A DNA stretch of 39,699 bases, taken from the IMG/VR virus record IMGVR_UViG_3300042471_000698. One strand, given 5' to 3'. The DNA is from a virus. The notes beneath the pieces were generated by a model, which was not told the origin of the DNA, did not search any database, and was given only the letters and a program-made list of their open reading frames with translations. Below, piece after piece: positions 31,786-39,414 of the stretch (position 1 is the first letter of the stretch; the number at the start of each line of letters is the position of its first letter). The translations under genes were made by a program, and so were the position numbers.

Positions 31786-32640
31786 TCAGCCCCCTATGTT
31801 GTTGGTCACGGACACGATGACAGACGGCGTAGCGGGCGCGGGCGCAGCGGTGGCAAAACTTCTAATCTCCACCCCGGTGTCGTTCACGCTCCACTTGTAC
31901 TCAATGTAGTCGCCAGCCTTAAGGCTGAAGATGTAATTCCACGCCGCCACCGTCTCGCTGTTATTGCCGTCAAGACGCATGCGGGTCGCGCTGTTGGCCA
32001 CGTCCACGCCGTTCTTGGCATACCAAAGGTAGAGCAGCCCCTTGCCGCCGGTCGTTTTGTCGACCTGGATGCTGTGCTGGTAATTGAACAGCCCGCCTTG
32101 ATCCACTGTGATGCGCGTCGCGGGGCTTCCGGCGACGAAAACGCCGAAGCTCAAGTCGGTGTTTGACAAGCTGACGGTGTACGCGGTGTTGATCACCGCG
32201 GCCTGCTGCGTGTTCAGGTCATAAAATGTTCCGTACACTTCACGCTTCGGCGGCGTCGCGGGCGGCGCAAGCGCGAGGAGGTCAACCGTCTGGCGCAGCC
32301 CGTCGATCTCGCGCGTGGGTGAGGTCGCGAGCAGGTCCAGCGCCTGACGCGCGCTTACCAGCGCATCAAGCGCCTGTTGCGCCATCGCAGTCGCCGTGTC
32401 GGCCTGCATGACCTGCTGCGCCAGCGTGGCGAGGATCGCAGCCGTGACCTCCGCGCTGTTGGCGTTAGCGCCGATCGCGAGGCTGTTGGCCTCAATGGCG
32501 CTGTTAATGGTTGCAATGTCGCTTGGCGTCAGTTCGCCAGCGACCTTGAAAAGCCGCTCAATGGCGCGGATAGCCTCAGGATCGTTACCCACGAAGGCCG
32601 CGATCTGCGCGCGCGTGATGGGCTTTGGGTCTGCTACCAC
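31786..32640 (-). CDS. Tail needle-like protein (gp26 position): N-terminal plug, coiled coil, C-terminal beta knob
   Basis: Directly follows the gp10-like gene. Ala/Leu/Gln heptad-like middle (AAILATLAQQVMQADTATAMAQQALDALVSARQALDLL). Beta-rich C-terminal ~130 aa. GTG start at 32640. Confidence 0.55.
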   Translation of the reverse strand: MVADPKPITRAQIAAFVGNDPEAIRAIERLFKVAGELTPSDIATINSAIEANSLAIGANANSAEVTAAILATLAQQVMQADTATAMAQQALDALVSARQALDLLATSPTREIDGLRQTVDLLALAPPATPPKREVYGTFYDLNTQQAAVINTAYTVSLSNTDLSFGVFVAGSPATRITVDQGGLFNYQHSIQVDKTTGGKGLLYLWYAKNGVDVANSATRMRLDGNNSETVAAWNYIFSLKAGDYIEYKWSVNDTGVEIRSFATAAPAPATPSVIVSVTNNIGG

Positions 32641-34034
32641 GCCAGACCCTCCAACTGCGCCTCAAGGCGCGCCACGCTGAGGTAAGCGTCAGACGTACCG
32701 GCAAAGCGCTGCACACGCCAATTTCGGAACGCGCCCTGCTGCAGCCATTGCAGCCGCTTGGCGCGGTCCCCGATCTTACCCGCGGCGATCCACTTGGGCT
32801 GCGACCACGTCACGCCGTCGAGGCTGTATTGCGTGGAAATGCGCGGATCCTCGCCCAGTGCGACGCGGCCAGGCAGGGCGACAAGCTCAAGCGTATGCAC
32901 GATAGCGCCGCGGCTGTCGTTGTAGATGATGCTGGTCTGGAACTGCCAGCCGACCGTCTGGCCCCACTGCGTGGACACGGTGTCCGTGAGATAGCCAAGC
33001 GCCGGGCTGGTCGTGTCGGCTGTGTTCCAACGGTTGTACGCCCACACAAGCGACTGCGAGCGCCACGGCGTCGAGCCGTCAAGGCTTGTCGAGAGGCAGA
33101 ACCACACTGGTTCGCTGAGCACCTGGCTCGCCGCGCCGTCATAGACCAGCGTCTTGCGCGGCAGGTGCATCACCAAGTGCTGATAGTTGCGATCCACGCG
33201 CGTCTCGAAGAACGCCGTCGCCAGCTCGGCTTCTGTGTACTCAGCGAGGATGAGGTCCACTTCGCGCGTGCTGATTTTCGCCGTGTTGCCATTGCCGCCA
33301 AGCCAGACGCCCGGCGCTTCGTTCTGACCGCTTCCAAGAAAGGCGATCTGCTCAAGGAACACCGTCACGCAGTGCGTGCCGATCACGCCGCGCTGCAACT
33401 GAGCCCCAGGCACGCGCTCAAAGGGAAAGCCCGTCTGGCCGGTGTTTTGGAACACTTCGACGGTGTGCCTGTTAAGCGCGTAGACCTCATTGCGAAGCTT
33501 GACGATCGCCTTGACCGGATCGGGATCGACTTCGCTGCTGCCATACTTGAAAGGATCGACCGCGAACGGATTATTTAGCTCCGTGATGACGAGAAACTCG
33601 CCATCCGTCGTGAGAAAGTAGCCATCTACCCAGATCACATCGAGCACGGTTCCAAGGTCGGGATCGGTGTTTTGGGTTAGCGTGCTGCCGTCGTAGAAAT
33701 ACAGGCCGCCGCCGCCAGCGATGGCCAAGTAGTCGAAGCTGTAGACCATTGTCACCCGGTCAGTGCCGGGAATGTCGCCCAGCACGGTCACCGCGCCGGA
33801 AGCGTCGATCCTGCACAGCTTGGTGCCAAGCACGCGATAGAGCACGCCGTCCCACTCAATCCCGCCACGACTAACGCCTGGCCCTGTACCCTGCGCGACG
33901 ATGCCGTCAGCAGGACGCAGGTAGCTGGTATTGATCCCCGTCGGCGCGACAATTGGGATCAGATTGCGCGGGTATTCGGACCGAAAATCGGCCCGCGCGT
34001 CTGTCCAGATGCCGCTGAGGATCGGGATTTGCAT
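32634..34034 (-). CDS. P22 gp10-like tail hub protein
   Basis: 466 aa (P22 gp10 is 472). TEAELATAFFETRVDRNYQHLVMHLPRKTLVYDGAAS parallels P22 TAEEMATGVMETLRFDSHELLIIHLPRHVLVYDASSS. Confidence 0.85.
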   Translation of the reverse strand: MQIPILSGIWTDARADFRSEYPRNLIPIVAPTGINTSYLRPADGIVAQGTGPGVSRGGIEWDGVLYRVLGTKLCRIDASGAVTVLGDIPGTDRVTMVYSFDYLAIAGGGGLYFYDGSTLTQNTDPDLGTVLDVIWVDGYFLTTDGEFLVITELNNPFAVDPFKYGSSEVDPDPVKAIVKLRNEVYALNRHTVEVFQNTGQTGFPFERVPGAQLQRGVIGTHCVTVFLEQIAFLGSGQNEAPGVWLGGNGNTAKISTREVDLILAEYTEAELATAFFETRVDRNYQHLVMHLPRKTLVYDGAASQVLSEPVWFCLSTSLDGSTPWRSQSLVWAYNRWNTADTTSPALGYLTDTVSTQWGQTVGWQFQTSIIYNDSRGAIVHTLELVALPGRVALGEDPRISTQYSLDGVTWSQPKWIAAGKIGDRAKRLQWLQQGAFRNWRVQRFAGTSDAYLSVARLEAQLEGLAW

Positions 34035-34081
34035 CAGACCGCCGCTGCTTGGCGTTGCGAATGGCCTTTTTTAATTGGCAT
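34034..34081 (-). CDS. Possible 15-aa micro-ORF coupled to the gp10-like start
   Basis: GGAGAG SD, ATG at 34081, product MPIKKGHSQRQAAAV. The stop overlaps the ATG at 34034 (TGATG). Resembles both ends of the 47-aa product of 3469..3612. Confidence 0.25.
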   Translation of the reverse strand: MPIKKGHSQRQAAAV

Positions 34082-34098
34082 CAATGTCTCTCCAGAAA

Positions 34099-35742
34099 TT
34101 ACGCCGTGATAGCCCCGAACGTTTTCCACGTTCCAGGGTTTCCGGCTGTCGTGCACACGGATCCAATATGCCCGCCTGCTGTTGGATTTGGGTTTAGAAC
34201 CACATCGCCTACAATCGCGCCGCCCACGGCCGCCGCCCAGATTGTCGGGTCATAATGCGCGACCCAACGCGTCTGCTTTCCGCCCGAAAGCCCATCGTTA
34301 GCTCGAAACTTTAAGGTTTCGGTTTCTGGCAAAATGATAGTTCGATAGTCTCCGCCGTTAACGGTCACAGGACCAAACAACAACGACCCGGCAAAATCGT
34401 TTGAGCCTGCCGTTACAAACGTGTTTTTGCTTGTGAATTGGCCTCGTGTGAACGATGCTCCGGTTCCTACCTGCTCGAAATAACAATTGTTGAATGTCGC
34501 GCTGTTGACGCCACCCGAGCAAAACGGCAACTGATATCCGGTGGCCGCAAAAAACACGCAATCCGAATAATTCACATTTTGACTGTTAGACAGTTCAAAT
34601 CTGTTTGCCGTTCCGCCATAGATCACGCCAGACGGCGAATAGGCCGGATCAAGAATGAATTTACACCCATAATATTTTGCCGCTCGCTCTGGATCTGTTG
34701 ACCCGCCAGCATTAACAGACGCGCCAACAAACGAACAGCTTTCAAAGCGAAAGCGTGGGTTTACCGTCCAAAACGACCACTGCGTCGTGCCGATGAATTG
34801 ACAGCCAACAAAAGTGCAATCGCTGGATCCTGCAACATCTGAAACAACGCCAACACCAGTGTTATTAAAACACCGCACATTAAAAAACATACCGCCAGTT
34901 ATAATCGATCCGGCTTCGGGCTCGATATCAATGCCCGCGCCAGGCGGCGACGACACAACCCCATTCTTCCCTGTATCTGAAAAGTCTGAATCAATAATCG
35001 TAAGGCTATTACCGCCGACCCACGACAAACCTTGTCTGCCGTTATACGTTGCGCGGCAGTTGATCATTGTATGCGGGTATTTTGGCTGCGTTGACGATGT
35101 GACCACGCGCGAGATTTCAAAGCCGTCAAGCCCATGATGGTGCGAATAGACGTTTGAAATCGACACCATGTTGTTCTGATATGCGCGAATGCCTGTAGCT
35201 CTAATCTGAGTGCCCAAGTCGCCCCAAAAACCGCCGATGATCATTGCGTTGATGTTGCCATCTATCTCTAAATCGCTAATTGCAACGCTTGCGTTGTTAA
35301 CAACATTGATCACATCAGGCAGAAATGCCCGCAAATCCTGATTATATTCAGGCAGCGTTGTAACCACTGCAGCGCCTGTCACCGGATTAAATGACCCATA
35401 TCGCAATCCGGCGGCGACTTTTAGAATGGCGCCATTTCCCTGAATAATTACGGGCCGCGTGCAGTTCTCGACTGTTATGACCTTGGGAACTACCGACCAT
35501 CCCGTGCCAGGAACGTCACCGTAAGAAAACCCTTTGCCCGTCGCTCCTGCAAAATTTTGTTTTCCGACGATATATGTCCCTGGCGGAATGACGAGAGTGC
35601 CGCCGCTAGCGGTGTTAATAGCCGCGCTCGCTGCGATAAAAGCGTCCGTGTCGTTTGTAACGCCATCGCCTTTAGCGCCAAAATCTTTAACGCTCACAAT
35701 GGCGTTTAATTTCTGCACATTGTCGAGCGCTTTGCTGCTCAT
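34099..35742 (-). CDS. Tailspike / polysaccharide depolymerase, right-handed beta-helix (pectate-lyase superfamily)
   Basis: VKDFGAKGDGVTNDTDAFIAASAAINTASGGTLVIPPGTYIV is the classic Pectate_lyase_3 N-terminal motif. Repetitive beta-helix-like body. Start trimmed to the ATG at 35742 (ATGA overlap). Encoded by low-GC DNA. Confidence 0.8.
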   Translation of the reverse strand: MSSKALDNVQKLNAIVSVKDFGAKGDGVTNDTDAFIAASAAINTASGGTLVIPPGTYIVGKQNFAGATGKGFSYGDVPGTGWSVVPKVITVENCTRPVIIQGNGAILKVAAGLRYGSFNPVTGAAVVTTLPEYNQDLRAFLPDVINVVNNASVAISDLEIDGNINAMIIGGFWGDLGTQIRATGIRAYQNNMVSISNVYSHHHGLDGFEISRVVTSSTQPKYPHTMINCRATYNGRQGLSWVGGNSLTIIDSDFSDTGKNGVVSSPPGAGIDIEPEAGSIITGGMFFNVRCFNNTGVGVVSDVAGSSDCTFVGCQFIGTTQWSFWTVNPRFRFESCSFVGASVNAGGSTDPERAAKYYGCKFILDPAYSPSGVIYGGTANRFELSNSQNVNYSDCVFFAATGYQLPFCSGGVNSATFNNCYFEQVGTGASFTRGQFTSKNTFVTAGSNDFAGSLLFGPVTVNGGDYRTIILPETETLKFRANDGLSGGKQTRWVAHYDPTIWAAAVGGAIVGDVVLNPNPTAGGHIGSVCTTAGNPGTWKTFGAITA

Positions 35743-35975
35743 TGGCCACGCCCCTTCGCTATAGCCGCGTCCCAAGAAGACAAGTCATAGCCGTCCCACC
35801 ACGGGTTTGCGCGCGCCTGCTCAAGATGCAGCACGTTGCGCGCAATTGTCGCCAGCTCGTCCGGGTCCGTAGTCCCAGCCAGCCGGTTGATCAAGGCCAC
35901 GCTGTGGCCAGCGCGGGCATAGTGACCGGCGATTTCCTCTGCGGTGGGTGTGTCATCGAGCATTGTCACCTCCAT
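35739..35975 (-). CDS. Hypothetical small protein, 78 aa
   Basis: Track ORF. TAATG and ATGA overlaps with the flanking fibre and spike genes. Confidence 0.6.
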   Translation of the reverse strand: MEVTMLDDTPTAEEIAGHYARAGHSVALINRLAGTTDPDELATIARNVLHLEQARANPWWDGYDLSSWDAAIAKGRGQ

Positions 35976-36994
35976 TAGGGCCAGAGTGTTCCGGCGCTAT
36001 GGTCAAACAGAATTGCGTAATTGGTCACACCGCCCGCAGTGCTGGCGATAATCACGTCGCCGTCGTCGCCAAGCCCGGTGCCGTCGCTCATCCATACGAT
36101 CATGTTGCCTTCGGCGGGCTTGGCTGGGTCTGAGGTGCGCTCAAGTAAGCGGATGCGATTGTGGAAGTACCGGTCGCCAATGTTGATTTGGTTCGATCCC
36201 GTCGCACTGTCCACGTCGATATCGTAGCCAATGACGATATTCGTTGAGCCAGTCGTGATCGCATCACCGGCCTGAAACCCGATGGCGATATTGTTTGTCC
36301 CGGTGTTGTTGGCGGGAGTTGCGTCGCCGCCGTAAAGAGAGCGAGTTCCGATCGCCACTTGACGGCCATCGCTCACGAAGCGCCTCAATGCCTCTTCGCC
36401 AAAAGCGCAGTTATGCGATCCTGTTACGTTTTCGCGTAGTGCCAAAACGCCGATAGCGTTGTTGCAGCTGCCGGTCGTGGTGTTTCGGATGGCCGATCCG
36501 CCAAAAGCATTATTCCGTTCTCCCGTTGTAGCGGAAAATAATGCCGAAGACCCGCAAGCTGTATTTGCTGGGCCTGTTGTTATGGAATTGCCTGCGACAT
36601 ACCCGATTGAAGTATTCTCTGAGCCCGTACTGTTGGATAGTAAGGCATTGAGACCAACTGCAACGCACTGCGTTCCAGTGGTGAGGTTTCGCAAGGCGCG
36701 ATATCCCACGGCCGTGTTCAGGTCGCCTGCCAAACTTGGGCTGTGCAGCGCCTCAAAACCGATCGCCGTATTGCCGGCCAGAGCCGTCTGGCCGCCCAAG
36801 CCAACAGTCAAGGTCTGCGCCGTGATCCGGCCGCCTTTTGACACGCTGAACTGAGAGACGCCGCCGACCTTCAAGTCAATCAGCAACGAGCCAGCGGCGC
36901 TCGCCGTATCCGCGACGTTCATGCCAATCGCGGTGAACGTCGTTGCGACGTTGTTCCACGTATCGGTCAGGCTATGAATTGGGATCGTGCTCAT
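35975..36994 (-). CDS. Tail fibre with YadA-head/Hep_Hag-like repeats
   Basis: Repeated N-x-A-x-G-x-x-A-L units (NTAIGFEAL, NTAVGYRAL, CVAVGLNAL, NTSIGYVAG, NNAFGGSAI, NNAIGVLAL, NCAFGEEAL, NIAIGFQAG). Confidence 0.7.
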   Translation of the reverse strand: MSTIPIHSLTDTWNNVATTFTAIGMNVADTASAAGSLLIDLKVGGVSQFSVSKGGRITAQTLTVGLGGQTALAGNTAIGFEALHSPSLAGDLNTAVGYRALRNLTTGTQCVAVGLNALLSNSTGSENTSIGYVAGNSITTGPANTACGSSALFSATTGERNNAFGGSAIRNTTTGSCNNAIGVLALRENVTGSHNCAFGEEALRRFVSDGRQVAIGTRSLYGGDATPANNTGTNNIAIGFQAGDAITTGSTNIVIGYDIDVDSATGSNQINIGDRYFHNRIRLLERTSDPAKPAEGNMIVWMSDGTGLGDDGDVIIASTAGGVTNYAILFDHSAGTLWP

Positions 36995-37131
36995 GGCTGC
37001 CTCGCAATGACGAGCGACCCGTCACGGGTCTCGATGTAAGACGCGTCGCGCGTCACGATCTCGCGCTGAAGGGTCACGCCCGTCGAGCTGGCGCGCATCC
37101 GGCTCCGAAAGCGTCCGCGTCCCAGCTGCAT
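36991..37131 (-). CDS. Possible small protein, 46 aa (not in ORF track)
   Basis: The ATG at 37131 overlaps the upstream stop (TGATG) and the stop overlaps the ATG at 36994 (ATGA). Product MQLGRGRFRSRMRASSTGVTLQREIVTRDASYIETRDGSLVIARQP. Confidence 0.45.
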   Translation of the reverse strand: MQLGRGRFRSRMRASSTGVTLQREIVTRDASYIETRDGSLVIARQP

Positions 37132-37433
37132 CAGATGCCCTCGCCTGCAATGATGTGCAGCGATGTACTGTCGCCCGCGCCGCAGACGGCAGCCAGGACG
37201 CTGTCGTCCAGGCTCTTGCTAATGCTGACCTGGCTGAGAGGCAGGACCGGATAGTCTGCGGTCGTTGCCGTGACGGTTCCGCGCCCGATACGGACGTAAC
37301 AGACGTCTGCGCCAAGGTTGGTCAGGCACACTGCGAAGTTGCCCTGACCGAAGGTCACTTGCGCGCTGGTGTCCGTGACGCTCAGCGTCTGCCCGCTGCC
37401 ATATCTGGGGTTGAAAGTTCGATCAAGTTCCAT
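37131..37433 (-). CDS. Hypothetical beta-rich protein, 100 aa
   Basis: Track ORF. Overlaps the upstream gene by 11 nt. Confidence 0.6.
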   Translation of the reverse strand: MELDRTFNPRYGSGQTLSVTDTSAQVTFGQGNFAVCLTNLGADVCYVRIGRGTVTATTADYPVLPLSQVSISKSLDDSVLAAVCGAGDSTSLHIIAGEGI

Positions 37434-38460
37434 ATCTGGCCTCGTTTCCTTCTGTCATAAGCCAAATTACCTCCGACAACAATGCGCCAACGATTGCCGC
37501 ATTGGCCGGCGTCGGCGGGGCCGGCGTTGACGGGTCCGGGTCGTCAGGCGCGCGCATGTCCACCAAGCGAGGCCGGGAGAAGCGCCCGCCCTTGCGCGCC
37601 TGCTGCTTGGCGCGATCGCTCGCCGCCGCGCGCTTGTCCTGCTCGCGCTTGACTTCCGGTGACATTGTGAGCGCCAAAGGCAAGCCGAAAAACACCACGC
37701 TCTTGATGAACAAGGCCCTGAGCAAGTCGAGCGTCACGCCCCAGAAGTCGCGGTCGCCTGGCAGTGCCGACGCTATCACCGTATCAAGCGGGCGCGGATC
37801 CACCGCCAGCGGCGCGGCCACCATCGCCGCATCGCGCTGGCCGGCGATCTGCGTCACCAGCTGCACGCGCTGCGCGGCGCGCTGCGTGACATACTCTGAG
37901 ATCGCGCTCACCAGGCGGCTGCGTCCAGTCGGGCTGTCTGCCGGCGCATCCGCCAGAGCCTGGCGCATCGTCGCCACCATTGCCGCCGTCTCAGCGTCGA
38001 AAGCCGCCAGCGGGTCCACAGCCGCCACGGTGACGACGGCTTGCGCTTGCGCGGATAGCGCGCGCGCCACCTGCTGTTCGTGCAGGAGGTAATTCCAGCC
38101 GCTGGCTAAGGAGACTGAGAACGCCGCGACCGCAAGCACGTTACCCCAGATCACGAGATCACGCCTGCCCGCCTCGCGCGCGTAGCGCGTCAGCATGCCG
38201 ATCAACAGCGCCACCGCAACGACGCCGATTGCGACGTGCGCGGCGAATTGTCTGTCTTGGAGCCAGAGTTCCCACCCCTTGCGCTCCAAGGGGTAAAAGA
38301 CAAACAGCACGAAGATGGGGATGCCGATTGCCGCCGCGGTCTTAATCGACACCCGCGCGCCGTGCAGGCGCAGGCGCTCCACTACGTCGCTCAGCCAGCG
38401 GCCGAAACTGTAGTACAGCGCCCTGCGCAGCGGGCCACGGGACCAAAAGTCATCCGTCAT
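37423..38460 (-). CDS. Multi-pass membrane protein, 345 aa
   Basis: Track ORF. TM segments AAAIGIPIFVLFVFY, VAIGVVAVALLIGML, VLAVAAFSVSLASGW and FIKSVVFFGLPLAL. Basic, Pro-rich C-terminal tail. Confidence 0.65.
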   Translation of the reverse strand: MTDDFWSRGPLRRALYYSFGRWLSDVVERLRLHGARVSIKTAAAIGIPIFVLFVFYPLERKGWELWLQDRQFAAHVAIGVVAVALLIGMLTRYAREAGRRDLVIWGNVLAVAAFSVSLASGWNYLLHEQQVARALSAQAQAVVTVAAVDPLAAFDAETAAMVATMRQALADAPADSPTGRSRLVSAISEYVTQRAAQRVQLVTQIAGQRDAAMVAAPLAVDPRPLDTVIASALPGDRDFWGVTLDLLRALFIKSVVFFGLPLALTMSPEVKREQDKRAAASDRAKQQARKGGRFSRPRLVDMRAPDDPDPSTPAPPTPANAAIVGALLSEVIWLMTEGNEARYGT

Positions 38461-38873
38461 CGGATCACCGCCGTGAGCGCCTGCGCGAGGTCAGCCAGAC
38501 CCAGCCAGCCTGCGAGCAGCGCCAGCAACGCCATCACCAGTGACGGCGTCGGATTGGCGCGCGCCCAGGCGAGGCCGCGGCTGAGTGCATTGTCAGCACT
38601 CACTGCGCGCTGTTTCATCGTGTCGGCGTAGGCCAGCGCTGCGGCTCTGGCGGCAATATTGTCCATATCCTTCCGCAAGTCATCGAAGGCCGCGTGCCAG
38701 CGGCGCTCAAGGTCAGCCGCGGTCTGCAGGGTCAGATCACGCTGACGGCGCTCGAATTCCGTGAGCATCGTCTCAACGCGGTCGACGCGTTTAGTGAGGT
38801 CCGCGTGGCCCTGCTGCAGCGCGCCCAGCGAGCGCGAGAGCGCCATCAACTCTGAGATATCTACACTGCTCAC
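38457..38873 (-). CDS. Coiled-coil protein with C-terminal TM anchor, 138 aa
   Basis: Track ORF (GTG start at 38873; the ATG at 38846 is an alternative). C-terminus SLVMALLALLAGWLGLADLA. Confidence 0.55.
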   Translation of the reverse strand: MSSVDISELMALSRSLGALQQGHADLTKRVDRVETMLTEFERRQRDLTLQTAADLERRWHAAFDDLRKDMDNIAARAAALAYADTMKQRAVSADNALSRGLAWARANPTPSLVMALLALLAGWLGLADLAQALTAVIR

Positions 38874-39040
38874 TGCCGCCCCCGCTGTAGATCAGTCGTC
38901 AGAGCAATCACCCACAGCGCCCCCATGACGGCTGCGCCGCGCACCAAGTCGTGCGCGCTTGTCCAGTCCAGTATCGCGACGATACCGACGAGCGACAACG
39001 CGCGATAAGTCAACGCGATGGCCAGAGGGAGCCAATGCAT
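38870..39040 (-). CDS. Two-TM mini-protein, 56 aa: class II holin/pinholin-like candidate (not in ORF track)
   Basis: Hand translation gives MHWLPLAIALTYRALSLVGIVAILDWTSAHDLVRGAAVMGALWVIALTTDLQRGRQ. Starts 5 nt after the o-spanin-like stop. Its stop overlaps the next start codon. Confidence 0.55.
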   Translation of the reverse strand: MHWLPLAIALTYRALSLVGIVAILDWTSAHDLVRGAAVMGALWVIALTTDLQRGRQ

Positions 39041-39045
39041 TAGTC

Positions 39046-39414
39046 TCACTGCTGCGCCCTCACCGCATCGCAGGCCGCATCAAGGCGTGTCTCCAGCAGG
39101 TCGCCGCGCTCGCGCTGGCTGATCGCATACTGCACCACGAGCGCCGTGAGGTCCTGCACCCAACGTCGCAGATCATCCGGCGCAGCGGTCCACGATGCAG
39201 GTGGGTCTGGCAGGCTGTCCACCGGAGGCGGCTCAGGGTCCAGGATCGGTGAGGCCTCGCAGCTCTGGGGCAGGCTGATCGGCGGGCGCTGGAGCGGGCA
39301 GGTTGGACACACCGTCGGGAGCGGCTTGGATGCCGAGGAGCAGCCCGCGAGGGTCAGGGGCAGGAGTGCTAGGCACAGGGTCAGCCACAGTGGCCGGTGG
39401 AGTTGTGATAGCAT
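39046..39414 (-). CDS. Outer-membrane lipoprotein, o-spanin (Rz1-like) candidate, overlapped architecture
   Basis: ATG at 39414 with GGGGAG SD. Signal peptide plus lipobox MLSQLHRPLWLTLCLALLPLTLAG|C. The mature part is Pro-rich. Starts inside the +1 frame of the i-spanin-like gene and extends beyond its stop at 39233. Confidence 0.65.
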   Translation of the reverse strand: MLSQLHRPLWLTLCLALLPLTLAGCSSASKPLPTVCPTCPLQRPPISLPQSCEASPILDPEPPPVDSLPDPPASWTAAPDDLRRWVQDLTALVVQYAISQRERGDLLETRLDAACDAVRAQQ

